Assembly: GCA_964057225.1 (NCBI GenBank)
Contig: OZ059894.1
Span: 8,432,001 to 8,496,000, forward strand
Source of the DNA: Auanema rhodensis
Taxonomy: Eukaryota > Animalia > Nematoda
DNA: 64,000 nucleotides
Direction: 5' to 3'
Shown in pieces: positions 40,129 to 54,000 of the stretch (position 1 is its first letter; each line of letters begins with the position of its first letter). Below the pieces are notes generated by a model. The model was not told the origin of the DNA, did not search any database, and was given only the letters and a program-made list of their open reading frames with translations. A program made the translations under genes and the position numbers.

Positions 40129-41676
40129 GTATTCTTATGATAAGTCCGATATGAAACTTATTGAACTTCTATTCAACGCCTGTAATCTCTTGCCTTTCAA
40201 CTATAATATATGATCTGCATGTACAAACAACACATATCTCAAATATTTTTTTTTTATTAATTTTGTTGTTGTAAGATCATTTTTTTTTTCGAATAAACTG
40301 TTTTCTTTGAAGCATTTCCATGAAATGGAAAAAAAGAAGGAGGAAATGTCTTCTCGAAACGCATATTCCGCTTATGTGTTGCATTTAGCTTACAATTTAA
40401 AACACATGGTTCACTGATGCAGACGTCGACTTTTTCCGTTTTCTTGAGTTTCCTTAGCATTTCGTGCTGAAGATCAAGTATCCGTTTGGTCAGAACTACG
40501 GCTACTTGAAAATCAAATTGACATCATAACTTTGATAAATCACAATGTTTTACCTGTTTTTCATTTGTTTTTATTCTCACAAACATGCTCAATTGATATA
40601 ACGAACAGATATTTTAACCAGAGTTTAATAAAAAAATATAAAATATTTTTATAACTTTGATTTAATGTTATTTTTTGTTATGCTAGCAATACTAACTAAA
40701 TCTTCCTTCCTTCAGATAATTGAAATTTTAATTTTCAAAAAAATATTTTGGAGATCAATGTATTGCAACTGATCAACTGATGGCATATCATTGTGCTTGC
40801 AGGTATGTGCTACTTCAGTAATGTTTTCTTTTGATATATTCACTAATGTTTTCAAAAAATGAGGTTTTTCACACCTTTTCTTCTCAAATTACGTAACTTT
40901 CGAGCTTAATTATGATTTTCACGTGGCAATTGAAAAATATAAAACCACATGAGCTAAATAAAACTATTTTTAAGATGTATTTAACAATTGGAAAATTGCT
41001 TGCTATCATTAAAAGCCAATAAATAAATAAAAATCAGCTGGTGTTAAGTCTTGATTGTAGTACAACAAGTATCTTACCTCAATCTCTTCACTCCTTTTTT
41101 CTTAGCAATGTTGATATCACATCTTGAAATTGCTTCTGGAAAATAAATGATTTGAGGTGTGAATGTCTCTAAAATCTTAAACTATATTTTTATCAATTTA
41201 GTTTACTTTGTTATTGCACCATACAAATGTCTTCAATTGTTTTGCCGAAGTTTAAAAGCTACTTATCATTCATCAAAACATGAACCTAGAGTTGATCACT
41301 GACAGAAATTTAAACAGAAGACATTCCTCCGATACATAGGCAATGAATGTTATATGAACAATTTTTAGTACTACTTATTTTGTTTCTCCTGATCCATTCA
41401 TTATCAACGACCTTTCTGCTATTCTTCATTTTAATTCAAAATTCAGCAGCTCCATAATAATTTTCAGAATCACATGCACATGATACTCACAGCTCTGGTG
41501 TTTGATTTCCGTTCATTTCTGCAAATTACTTCCTCTTAACATTTAATTCAAAACCAAGTATCATTATTAATCCTGTTCACAACATACTATCAACCTGTCG
41601 CACCATCACCACCTCACTTTATTTCATTTTCTCCTCGTCTTTAATCGAACTGAGACTATTCTCTTTATTCTAGATC

Positions 41677-42987
41677 ATGACACAGTTCGATGATGGCCTC
41701 GATGCAGCTGAGGTTACAAAAAAAAATTTGTTAGGAACTGTTTATTTTCTCATCGGTAAAGACAATCGTTGAAATATTACTGTAAATATATAATTTTATA
41801 TTTTTAGCATTATTTGGTGTTTGCTTAAATCTTGCCACTTTGACAGTTTTGCCAGAATGCGAAAAAACTTTAACAAAGCCATTGTTTATACTATTTTGCT
41901 CTCAATTATTTACGAATATCGCATCTTTGATATCTATCGGAGTACCGATACCATATATGATAGGTCAGTTATAACTATAACATGTACTAAAAGGAGATAT
42001 TTAATCTTTAAGCAAGCAATAAGCCATATTTTCTCAATGTAATACTTCTACGAGGTCCAGGAACAATGCTGGCCATAACTCTAATTCTATCATTTTCCAT
42101 GCAATTTTGGATTTGCATTTATCGAAATAGTTCAATTGTTTTTCCAAGACTAACGTAAGAATTATAATAATTTATCATAATTGATGCAACTTTTAAGCAC
42201 TAAAAATCTATATGCATTTCCAGATATTACATGTTTTCTGATATTGTTGTGCATCTTCTTCATTTTATAACATTTGTTTTCACGATAAATCAGGTTGTGG
42301 ATCTGACAAATAGAACAGAGTTAGTAATTACTTTATACTTTTATATGTTTTAATATTAGAATTCGTACCTTTGACATTACTCTCTTGACATGGATTCAAA
42401 CAGAGCATGAGTATCTTACGCTCTTATCTATTGTTGTATATGCTGGAATGGTCTGCATTATGTTCTATGGCTTAGCATTTTTTGATTTATTATATAAGTA
42501 TGTTTATCTCACTTCTTACTAAAAATTAAAATTTTGTTTTATTATAAAGATAATTACACGTATTGAATATTGAAGGCATCTATATCACGAATATGATGAG
42601 CAGGACTTACAAACACCGAGACCCTTACGTCAGATGCTCAACCAGCTGCTACATTTGATTTGCGACATCATTTTCGGCTTTCTCCTAGTTATGCCTCCAG
42701 TTCCACCAATTTCTCATTTCTCTATCACTCATTCTTTGGTAACTATATATGGAACGATATTATGGCCAACAATATCCTTGATTGTTTACTCAGAACATAT
42801 ACGTCGAGTAAGTTTCAACTATTTACTACATCAATAGTTTTATTTTTATTTTTTTTACTGAGCATTTTCTTTTTTTTTCTAGGAACTTTGCTTCCGTGTC
42901 ATTATGATGACTCGCACTGGTCAAATGGCTGGTCAGGACCAGTGTCAATCACGAAGAGGAAATGACAATCGTTTTCGATTTCTATGA
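41677..42987 (+). CDS. Serpentine 7TM chemoreceptor-type GPCR
   Basis: Seven exons splice in frame. Hydrophobic helices include GTVYFLIALFGVCLNLATLTVL, LFILFCSQLFTNIASLI, MQFWICIYRNSSIVFP and TILWPTISLIVYSEHIRR. Subfamily not assignable by eye. Confidence 0.8.
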
Positions 42988-43156
42988 AGTAAAGAAAAAA
43001 CACAAAAAAGACATCTGAAACATCACTTACTTATCATGAATGAGCACTTCTCTTGATGTAATATGGAAAAACAGAAGAAGTAAAGGATAATCTTAATACG
43101 TGGTTGATTATGATCTGTATGCTGCTACATGCACCTATTCGAATTTTTCCTAAGAT

Positions 43157-43222
43157 CACGTGGTTACGGAATAATTTTTTTTTCATTTATTTTAATGACA
43201 GTAGATAAAGTGCGGTTGCATT
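43157..43222 (+). repeat. Dispersed bipartite element copy
   Basis: CACGTG at 43157, 50-nt AT-rich spacer, then GTGCGGTTGCATTC. Confidence 0.6.
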
Positions 43223-46200
43223 CGTGTATATACTAATATATATTTCTGAAAAATCGAAAAACTCTTTTATTTCGAAAAATAAATCGTTTGATTTTATGAT
43301 TATGTAATAAAATCTTTGTTTATATCTAGATATTTATCATCTTTTTTTAGTTAATGTGATATGTATCTCATTTCTTATTAAATCCTTCTGAGCTAATATA
43401 TAGAATAAGGTTGTTGTAAGCTATATTAGAAACATCTGGCCACATCGCTTCCTTCTAATCAGATCAACTACAAAGCTATTCATCCTTTATGTTTAGTTAT
43501 TTTCCCAGGCCATCATAACCTAGCCATATTGGACTGTAGCAAAACTTCTGGTGCAGAAGAAAGATCACCACTTGGTGATGCCACCCGTTAACCTTATAAC
43601 ACAACATACATAACTATAACATCCTGAGTTCTGTTTTATTGGAAAATAATATGACAATGTATAATATATACGATTATTTGTAGATACAAACCCATTTCAT
43701 TAATCCTTATGTTATTCTTTTGAGCTCTTTTTCTAATTATTCAATTGATTCAACATCTGTTTTACCTACTTTTTCATCTCATAAATTGCATCCAACCCTA
43801 CTGATCGATATCCACTTAAGAATCATCATTCAATTTTGCTCAAAATTCCGTTGTACATTTCTTCTTCTCAATCCAAACCTCAATTTTCATATTGTAGTTA
43901 TATTTCATGATGTATTATATTCAAATATTAAACTATTTTCAAAAAGATTATCGTTTTTCGGTGTTTAAATTACTTCATTTATCTCCTGGTCATTCTGTTT
44001 TCAAAGTTCATCATCGTTTTTGCAGAGGAGACAAATGGCATATTAACCTTTACCTTCTTGGGTCAGGTAAACGTGAATGTCTCCAAGATCGTTACAGATG
44101 ATAAACTGAGATTTCGAATTATGGAACTCTTATCTATGTTCACAAAAAATTTTTCTTCCAAAAACATATTCAAATTTAGTTTTGGAAGAAATCGGCAAAT
44201 TAGATGCCGATTTCATTTTTAGAACCAGAATCGTTCCATTTTTTATTTTTTTAATGTAATTCTCATTTGACTATCGTATTCAAAACCAACAATACAGATT
44301 ATTATCTTTATTCATTTTCGTCATCTTTCTTAAAATTTTGTGGATTACGTTCATTACCTACGCTTGTCGAGGAGACTTCCTATTCTTACAAGACATTTTT
44401 TCTTAGCGACCTTCCATTCCAGCAGTTACTCGCAGGTGTCAAGCCTACTTCTGAATAATTACAGAGCAGGAAGTCTGGTCATTCTGTTTTTTTCCTTTGA
44501 ATGTCTTCCCAGATGAAGAAAGAAAACAGATGCATATCGGACATTTCTAAAACATTGTCCATATCTCTCGTTCTCTTTTTGGCTTTTAATCGTCTTCTTC
44601 CTTTGACGTCGTGAAATCTTCTTTTGTATTTTTTCGCACATTGTTGCGTAAACTGCCCTTTTTTGTCTTTTTATATCTATAAATAAGTAAATATGTATGT
44701 CTATAACTGAAGAGAAAAATCTGATTATATTTCTTTCATTTGAAAGACCTTCCGAAGAGCTTATTTCCTTTTCAATAAGTCTGAATGAAACTTCGTGAAA
44801 GCAAAGTCCTCTATCTTATTTCTTTCATTTCATTCATTCAATTCAACCAAAATTTTCGCAGACTAATAACAGTTTTTACGACATTTTACCTTTATTAATT
44901 ACATAATATACTTATTACATGTTCTACATTTGTTCTAGCTAAAAGACAAAATGAATATGCAAATACTCCCGGAAGTTCAAAATCTGGTCTTCTTTTGTCA
45001 TTCTTCTTTTCTGACAAAACAAGACAATTGAATGATGAATGCTGTAGAGCCTCTGTCTTCTTCTTCGTCTTCACGTCGTAATCCATTATCTCCTCACATT
45101 TGTACAATGTAAATGATTCAATTTATGATATGAATGCTAAAAAATGAAAAAGAATTCAATTTTTTAGAGAAATTTTAAAAATAATTTCATTTTCAATTAT
45201 AAGGCACATTGTTCTTTCCTTAAATTCATGAAATAATTTAGAATCGTAATGATAAAGTCTCTCAGGTTACGAATTCAAAAATGTTGATATGGAATATCAT
45301 TTAGATTAAAACCATCATTTTTATCTTTTTTTATTATTTTCACATTCATATTAATGTGTAACCAAAGCCAATATTATATTCATATACTATATGTACTTAT
45401 TGATATATTTTGACAGCTTCTATACAATCTCTATCAGAATGCTATAAGCTTTTGTATTCAATTGAGTATTATCATAATGTTGCCTACATACATACATATA
45501 TTCTAAGTTCAATTATTTCAATGTTATTGCGACCTTACCTATTTTCATCGATTATAAGATTTCTCATCATTGTCTTTTTATTTTCTTTCATTTTTATATT
45601 TTTATATTTTTGAACGTTCACATAGTGATTCTTTATCCTGATAACATAAAAAATATCTGTTATTGGATCATTAAGAACAAAACTTACAGAAAAAAATAAA
45701 GAAAAAGTAGTTTATATCTCAGAATTTGCGTCTTTTTTTTAGCTTTCTCTTTATTGTTTCTATCAAGTTTGTCCAATTTGTTCAAGATCCCCACTCTCCT
45801 TTTTCAGAAAGGAGAGTTGAAGTATTGGTTGTGAATGCATAATCGTTACCTGTTATTTGATTACGAATTTTTTCCCTCAAACTGTTTCAAAAAGGAATTT
45901 GTAAAAAAAAATTCGAAATACCAAAAGACCTGGCCAACGTGGCTGGACATCTGTGCGTTTCAGTAGTGGTGATGATACTGGTGGTACCATCATCATCGTT
46001 CAGACCAGCAGCTGCATCACACATCACAACTATTATGAATTTTGTCCTTCAGCAATATGCATGTCTGTATCATGTAAATCCTACATGAATAAGAATTGAT
46101 ATATAAGTTTATTCCATGAATCTCACCAGACAAGCGACGTGTCATACCGTGTTTTAATGATTCTTGTAAGACTAAAACATACAGGAGTTGCTGAATTTTT

Positions 46201-47580
46201 TTTATTTGCTTCCCAATGTAAAGTATGTTGTAACGTGATTGTCTGATACGTTTGGATGTATGAGCTATCTGAGTAATCAAGACAACATGCACATACGACG
46301 AATCATTCAAACAACAATACAATATATGAGCATCTGGAAAGCTTTATGAATATTCGTATGAAAAACATGAGTATGTACTGAATTAAGAAAAAAAAAGTTT
46401 TGAAAAAAGACTATAGAAAGTGAGGTGCTAAGGTAACAAGAAACATCTGGTTCAAACCCAAGAAAGTATACGGTAGTTTTGCTTATCTCTATCCAGCTGT
46501 TCATTTTTGTGTTGAGTTTTACAGTAATATTAGTATTAAATATTCATATTTCTTAAATTTGAACTCTGATTCACAATTGAATGTCTCTAATAAAAGAATT
46601 GCGTAGTTGAGGAAGATCGAAAACTATACTCTACAGTACTCCAATCGTCGGCTCATCGATATGACTGTCGTTACCTTCATGACCCCACGTGTCAGTTCCT
46701 GTCTAGCAATAACATGACTCCTAGTTATGAGTACCTGCCCTAAGACCGCTTTCACGCCATTGTTTATCTTCGGTCATTTTCTACACTAAGGTTTACTTTT
46801 GCTTATTTACCGATTGTCGGTTAAGACATATGCTTCTGGTACTTTTTAGTCGCGTTCATGACCGAAGGTTCCATTTCTTGACTTCCGTTTGAAATAGAAA
46901 TCAGAAAAATATATTTCATATCAAAGAGAAAGAAAAGAAACAACGCCGAACTATCTAATATCGACGATGAATAGACAAAATATCAACAAGCATACTCACT
47001 TGTCTCTTTCTTAAAAGCGGTATCTTATTGTCTTTTTATGAAAGCCGTATCTAATCCATGCTACATACATGTCATCTGGAGATAAAGAGAGATTGAAGCA
47101 GTTGGCTCTGTTTACTTAGGAACAGTTGCCTTATAGAAATGTAAATTTCAATCTACATGTTATCTATACAATCATAAAGAAGTTGTTCAAACTCTCTGTA
47201 GCATCATCTCATCAGAAAGCATAGAAGCTTGTCATTTCTTCACAAATTCCAGCTGTCAATCTCCGTTTTACAGAGATGTGATTTGAAGCGTGCTACGAGG
47301 GCAGATGTCTTTGGACTTACATCCAGCTCTATTATTCTCACTCTATCGCAATGTGGACAGCGAAGATGATGTCGATACAGAAAAAACGATTGAGTTAAGG
47401 ACATCTTCAGAGAAAAACCTGATATACAGTTTGAATAATGATTGACATCCTGACAATCTGTCCAACTAATAATTGACAATATTATTACTTGGTTTTTAAA
47501 TTTAACAAATTTCCAGCACACGTTAGGTTTAAATTTTTTCTTAAAGTTTATTAACCGTATAAATTATTTGAACCACTACT

Positions 47581-47650
47581 TTAGCAACCGTTCATCATCA
47601 TTGCTCCAAGTAAAAATAACACACATTGTTCACGTGACGCGTTCACGTAT
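47581..47650 (-). repeat. Dispersed bipartite element copy
   Basis: Reverse complement reads TACGTGAACGCGTCACGTGAAC...TGATGAACGGTTGCTAA, with a 40-nt spacer. Confidence 0.7.
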
Positions 47651-50429
47651 TTCCAATATCGCGTGAAAATCCATGTGAGCCTGCACCTATGTGTTCCTTG
47701 ACATATTGTTTTTCAAATATTGTAATGAAATGAATCTGAACATTAATACATGATTTGAATACATTTGAAACTTGGCTAACCTTCTTTCTGGCAGCACTGA
47801 CTAATCACTTCCTGTGGTCTTCTTATCCATGTATATGGATACTGTATAGCCTGTGACAAGTGACAGTCGGCAACAAGAAATTTGTCATTAAATTAAAATT
47901 TCTTATTCAAAACATCTGGAACACAATCTGTATTCAATTTTTTGAAAATTAGAAGCAAAAATTATTCAGAATATCAGCAATCAGTGGTTGTATATACTTT
48001 CTCGTTTCTTTAGACTTCTCTCGATTGGCTTTCAAAAGGAATCTCAAGCTGAATGAGCTTGGCAATATTCAAGCTTTTTACAAAACTTGGTCAATCACCT
48101 TTCGACAGTGAAAAAACTATTCTATGAAGCTCACAAAGAATTGCGCGAAGTTCTTAAAAGAAAGAACGAATTAAGAATGACAAATCGGACAGCTGCTGTC
48201 TAGGTTGAAAAGGTTGCCGACGTTTCCGTGTTCGATTCCGAATCTGTCAAAAGCCGTTCAATGAAAGTTTTACTCGATACATGCAATATTCAACGATAAA
48301 TGGTTAAACTGATTTTCTTTCAGAAAATGTTTTGAAGTAACTACAAGCCGACTCAGAGCTACCAAGTAGCAAAGGGAAAAGAAAAATACTAAGTTCGAAA
48401 TTTGAAACTTGGATTTCTGATCATAACTTGACTCGTTTTGTTCTTTTTTCATATTTTCTTTTCAATTTATTTCATCTAACTTCCATTCTTTGCAATCGCT
48501 CTTGCATTGTACTTCTTTCCTATCTCACGATCCTTGTTCTTGTGAAAATCCGGGAATCCATGGTTATCGTTTTGCGTATCATTAGTCATCCATTTTTATT
48601 TAACGATAGCTCTCCAATTTTATTATTTTCTTCTCTAAAAGCTCTTCAAACCTCCTTTTAAATTTATTTATCGACTCTTCATACAACGTAAATTTCATCT
48701 CAAACTTTCTATTATAAACTACAATGTATGTATGCAATCCTTATGAGCAGATGTTGTTTAAATTCTATTGTTATCAACATAATGTCACCAATCTTCAAAT
48801 ATATCATGTTATTCATTAGGTAAATCATTGTAGTAATTACTGTCAAATCTACCTACATCCTAACTATGTGTATATTTGTTATATTTTTAATATTTTCTAA
48901 GGAATTTGACGAGCATCCGGCACAATTATAACGATTACGTAGTGTTAATTAGTCTATTGAACTATTAATTGTCCTCGTACCTCAGATACTTTGATGCAGG
49001 TGGTTGCTCCATCAACAGGTTCATCTCCTTGTATTTTCTGTTTTTCCCTCTTTATTCTTATATAATCTTTCTATGGTTTTTGAGCGTATTGCGCAATATA
49101 ACCACTGACTGACCGAGTCGGAATCTATCCATCTCAAGTCTAACGGACTCCTGTTGACATCGAGCTCCGATGATGTTGAGTAACTCTTAAACGACAATAG
49201 AGTACAGGATTTGATGAGATTTCAAAGAAATATCTGTTGCGGTTGATTACTTCTGTTGTTAACTATATCCGTTAATTAGTATTATATATATACCTATTAA
49301 CTGGTTGTATATTATCTAGATGTCATAACAACTTCCTTTTAATTATTTTTAAGTTTTGAGTTAAAGTTTTTAAACTATTAGTATTATAAATTTGTTTAAA
49401 ATCAATAACTCTAACGAAGAACAAGCATCTTGCCTAAAGGTTTGCTCTTGTCATCGTTTGATAACTATCTTACATCAAATCTCACTCACCTATTTCCTTA
49501 TTAGCATTCAGTCATCTTCATTTTTATAATTTATTAATCAATCTTTTTATTTTGACCACTAGCAAACATGTCTCAAATCACTTTGTTCACAACACCCATC
49601 CACCACATCAACATCTTCATCATCAGACTGTCAGCCTTCTAAGCCTCATGTACCGCCAATTGATTTCACTTAAGATAAGCCAATGAATCACACAAGTGCT
49701 CCCTATCTCAGCTCACTTATTGTCCTTCATTTTTCCTTCATCTCACCTTTTATGCTTTACACAAATAATGTGCTTTCTTTTCATTTACCTACATTTCTTC
49801 AAGTTTCAACCGAAAATACATGGTGCGTTTAACTATAGTCTCTTTGATTTTCTCCAGCTCCCCTTGAATTTTTAGCAATTTCAATCAAAAAACTATCTTA
49901 TATTTATAGAAATATATAATTGATTTATGAATTTAGTTTGATTTTTTTTTCTAGAATAGCAGATTAGTGTTCCTAAGAAACAAACTATATGCGCGCAAAA
50001 GATTTCTCGTTCTCATCATCTGGCACTGTACTTTGACCTATTTGAATGAAATACAGTTTGCCATATTTCTCATTCGTTTTTTGATAATTTCTTCTCACAA
50101 ATATCTAATACACTCGTAATTCTCTAGCAGTAATATCACTTCCTTATTTAGTTGTGTTTTCTATTTAAAAATACCTGTTGCAATGACCTGTGAGCAAAGG
50201 CTAACTAACTTGTCATCTTTCCGACTCCTGCTCTATCACCCACCTGCTTCAATCATATCCAGTCTTTCAACCTAATGTAGCTCATAACTCATTCGTATAT
50301 TGACAACAACAAAAAAACTTTTTTTCTTGTATAGTTTTCCGTCTTCTGATTAAGATCTCAAATACTATTGTACGATGTCTTTTATAGAGTTTTGAAATAG
50401 TTTAGCTTTTGTCAATTTTAACCATATAC

Positions 50430-50430
<1 letters not shown>

Positions 50431-50470
<40 letters not shown>
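50431..50470. repeat. (TA)20 microsatellite
   Basis: Perfect TA run of 40 bp. Confidence 0.97.
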
Positions 50471-50471
<1 letters not shown>

Positions 50472-50766
50472 CCAATAAGAATTATATGTATATTCATATT
50501 TATATAGAACAATCACTTACATAGAATTTGTTTTTATATATTTACGTTTGTATGCATGGAGTTTGTTCATCTCATGCTCACATTGATGACTTTCTATGAG
50601 CTATTTGCGCATTTTGTGAGTGTATTTTGCTAAATTATTTTTTATCGCTCACCTTTTAAACATTTTCTAAAATCTTCTGATTATTTGTTTGATTATCAAT
50701 ATTAAGTTTTGTTCTTCTTTTTATATAACATAAGCTCCACCTCTTCTCGCTTTTGGCCATATAGGG

Positions 50767-50798
50767 GTGGGAAGTGAGAATTTTTGAGTGGGCGTGGC
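50767..50798 (+). promoter_or_regulatory. Tandem CSL/LAG-1-type sites plus a KLF/Sp-type box in the Notch-ligand promoter
   Basis: GTGGGAA (50767-73) abuts GTGAGAA (50774-80); GGGCGTGGC at ~50790; TATATA at ~50864; ATG at 51061. Confidence 0.5.
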
Positions 50799-51060
50799 TA
50801 GGGTCTCAAACATGCATTGGTATCATCACTAGGAGTCCATTGAACCGCTCCAGCCGGATACCATATATAGTCCGGACGGGAACTCCTGCTAAATATTTAA
50901 TTTGAATTGTATTCTATTTCTAAGTACTTGTATTGTTATTTATATATATGATCATCATCGTTATTCTACGTATTCCTTTTCAGACTAACTTATATGAATT
51001 GCTAAATTCTAATCTTTCTTCTTAATTTCAATTTTTTTCAACACATTTCTGTGATCCAGG

Positions 51061-54000
51061 ATGAGTTTCAACATTGTTTTGTATCTGCTTTCCATTGTTT
51101 TTTCAATTCATATGGTAAGAAGGTTCTTTTAAATTTTTCATATTTCATTCATTGTTTAGGCTGCTGCTGTACAGGGGTCCTTCCAAATCCGTTTAACATC
51201 GTCCAGCCCTGCCATCGTGCGCGTCTGTTTAAAGGAATGGCAATACAGTATAGCTCGTGATGGTCTTTGCATACTTGGAAAATCTAACGGAACTCTTCTT
51301 CCTGAAGAGGAACGTCTTTTTGAAATCCCTTTCACTGGAATTTGGCCAGTCAATATGTCAATGATTGTTGATGTTCTAAACGGAAAAGAAGGTTAGTATC
51401 TTTCCTAATTCATATTGTATTGCTCATTAGTATACTTTGACACCTCATGTGCATTCTGAATGAGTTTTAATGATTATGCTAATTTTGCTCAATGTGCTCC
51501 TTGTAACTCTCCAATCTGAAAAGAGCTTTGCTCCTCTTCTCACTCTCTCTTTTCTCTCTCTCTCTCAATACTTATTCTGCTATACTAGGTACCACTTTAT
51601 ATATTTCCTTTTCTTTTCACAACAAGACAAGATTGTACAGATAACTCAAAGTCTTCGACTTGTACAACCATTTACGGAATACATCTGCATTTTACGACTT
51701 CTTCATGAAAACACTGTTTGACACCTGCTGCCTTCTGACCTTCTATCTTCATGTTTTCCTCATTTTGTCTTAACTTATTTCTGTTTTTAATTTTAAAACT
51801 GTCAACTTTCATAATTTCTGAATTCATCACCGTCGACTTGTACGTATCATTTTCTGTTTTTTCAACTGTTGGTCGACTAGATTAGACAATTCTGGCTCGT
51901 GTGTTTAACACCAGATGAATTGATGACATGTTTGGCCTGGTCATGCCTTATCAGTCCTCATAACATCTGTTCATGTTACAGATTATCAATGTCTGTAAAC
52001 AATTGGCGCATGCCAAGAGGTCATAAAAAATTTTCAAGAGACTACCGCATAGGAAGTAGGATCATAAATTATTTTTTTCATTGCATTATGTGATGCTTTT
52101 GTCAGATTAATATTTATATTGTTTATAATTATGAAAAAAAAAATGAATTGATTATAAAACTAATACTTTCAGAACCAATTGGTGGCTTAGCATGGAGAGG
52201 GCCTGTTGCCGGAGGCGATGATTGGACTAACAAGATTGCGAAAGAATTTAATGTGAGCTATCGCTTCACATGTCAAGAGTAATATCAGTTTTCATTTTAA
52301 TTATTATAATCGTCGTTGTTGTAGATCGTTCTATGGACCTCAATGCAAGATTATGTGCCGTGAGACTGATAATTTATCTGGCCACTACACATGTGGATCT
52401 CAAGGAGAGAAAATCTGCAAAGCTGGCTGGGAAGGAGATCGTTGCACTAAACGTGAGTTTGTTCACGTTATTGCTTTGCTTTGATTTCGTAGTTATCTGG
52501 ATCAAGTTTCTTTCTCCTTGGATGACCCTCCATACGCATATACACCCGCTTAAAATAAGCAAGCAAAGGCACTCCCTAAAGCCAACGTTTGAACAAATAA
52601 AAACAAGAAGAGGGTGGGGGTGCTCAGGGGTCGCAGAGTTTTTTTTTGAAACTTTGTTGTTTGTTCATTAATTTCTTTATTCTTTTGTATGTGGCTAACA
52701 ATTCTTTGTATTGTCATTTTCTTGCTTGAAGAATCATCAATAGTTGATTTGAGAGGTTGAGGTTCATCTTAACTGTCTTTGTCTGCTTTCTCGACCGAGC
52801 AGGCTCCATAATTGGCCCTAGTGGACCGCCAAAGAGCTCCGACCTTATACTGACACATAACTCTAGGTAGATAAATCCGGATGCACAGGTTGACCTCACC
52901 ATTCCTTTTTATATATTTCTTTCTGGAAATTGCTGCAATGCAATCGTACAGTTTTTGGTTTTTTATTGGCAAAGAATTCATATCTGAACATGATTATATG
53001 TAATACTTTTGAATGAAAAAATCTTGGAATGATATGAATAATATTTATTCTTAATGCTGTATGACACCTCATTCATGCCAGCTGGACCTTTAAGAATACC
53101 CGCTGTTGTCGATTATAAATAAGGACATTGTTATGCCCGGGGGGGATAGGGATATGCAGGTGGTTCAATCGAATAAAATGAGGTAAGATTGGAGGAGAAC
53201 CAAGATGTAGGGGGCTGTTTCTATCTCTTCGTAACGTTTTAAAGTTTCTCTATGTGCTGTGATATGATCTTTCATATGACCTGTTTCGGTAAACATCAAA
53301 ATAAACTCGGTCATGTTTCAGCCATTTGCGAAAATGGATGTTCTAATGGAAAGTGTATTGCTCCAAACACCTGTGCCTGCATCTTTGGATTTACTGGACC
53401 ATCATGCTCAGTGGTGAGTAAACTTTTTTTTTACAATTATTGAGTTTTAAATCTTAGTGTATCCCCAACAAGGACTGTGTTCATGGAACTTGTGCCAATA
53501 ATAAGCCTGGAACATGCGCTTGTAAGGCTGGATGGACAGGAAATTTCTGCAATGAAGGTAAAACTAGAAGTTTAAAAACTTCTATACCGTCTTCTAATTT
53601 CAAATTTTCAGATCGCCATTATTGTACTCATCATTCTCCTTGTCAAAACGGCGGGACTTGTACGAATGGAAGATTGTCTCGAAGGTACGGTAAAAATCTA
53701 TAGAAAACCTGTTTTCACAACTTTTATGACTTTTTCTTTATTTTTTCGTTTTAGACAGAGACGTGGAGTTGAATACACCTGCACATGTTCTAATGGATTT
53801 GGTGGAGCTAACTGCGAAATCAGTTTAACTGAACATATTTGTCCAAATAATGAAATATGCCACAATGGTTAGTTAAATTTTAAACTTGTAACTTAAGCAT
53901 GAAGGCGAGTTTCAAGTCAAATCTAGAGTTGATGTCTCCTGCTGTTTTTGATTTTCCTAGTAGGCTATTCATGGGAGTTTCGTTTGATAAGTAGTACAAT

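Noticed and set aside
45968-45997. Short inverted repeat GTGATGAT...ATCATCAT
   Set aside because: Low complexity and too short for a miRNA or MITE.
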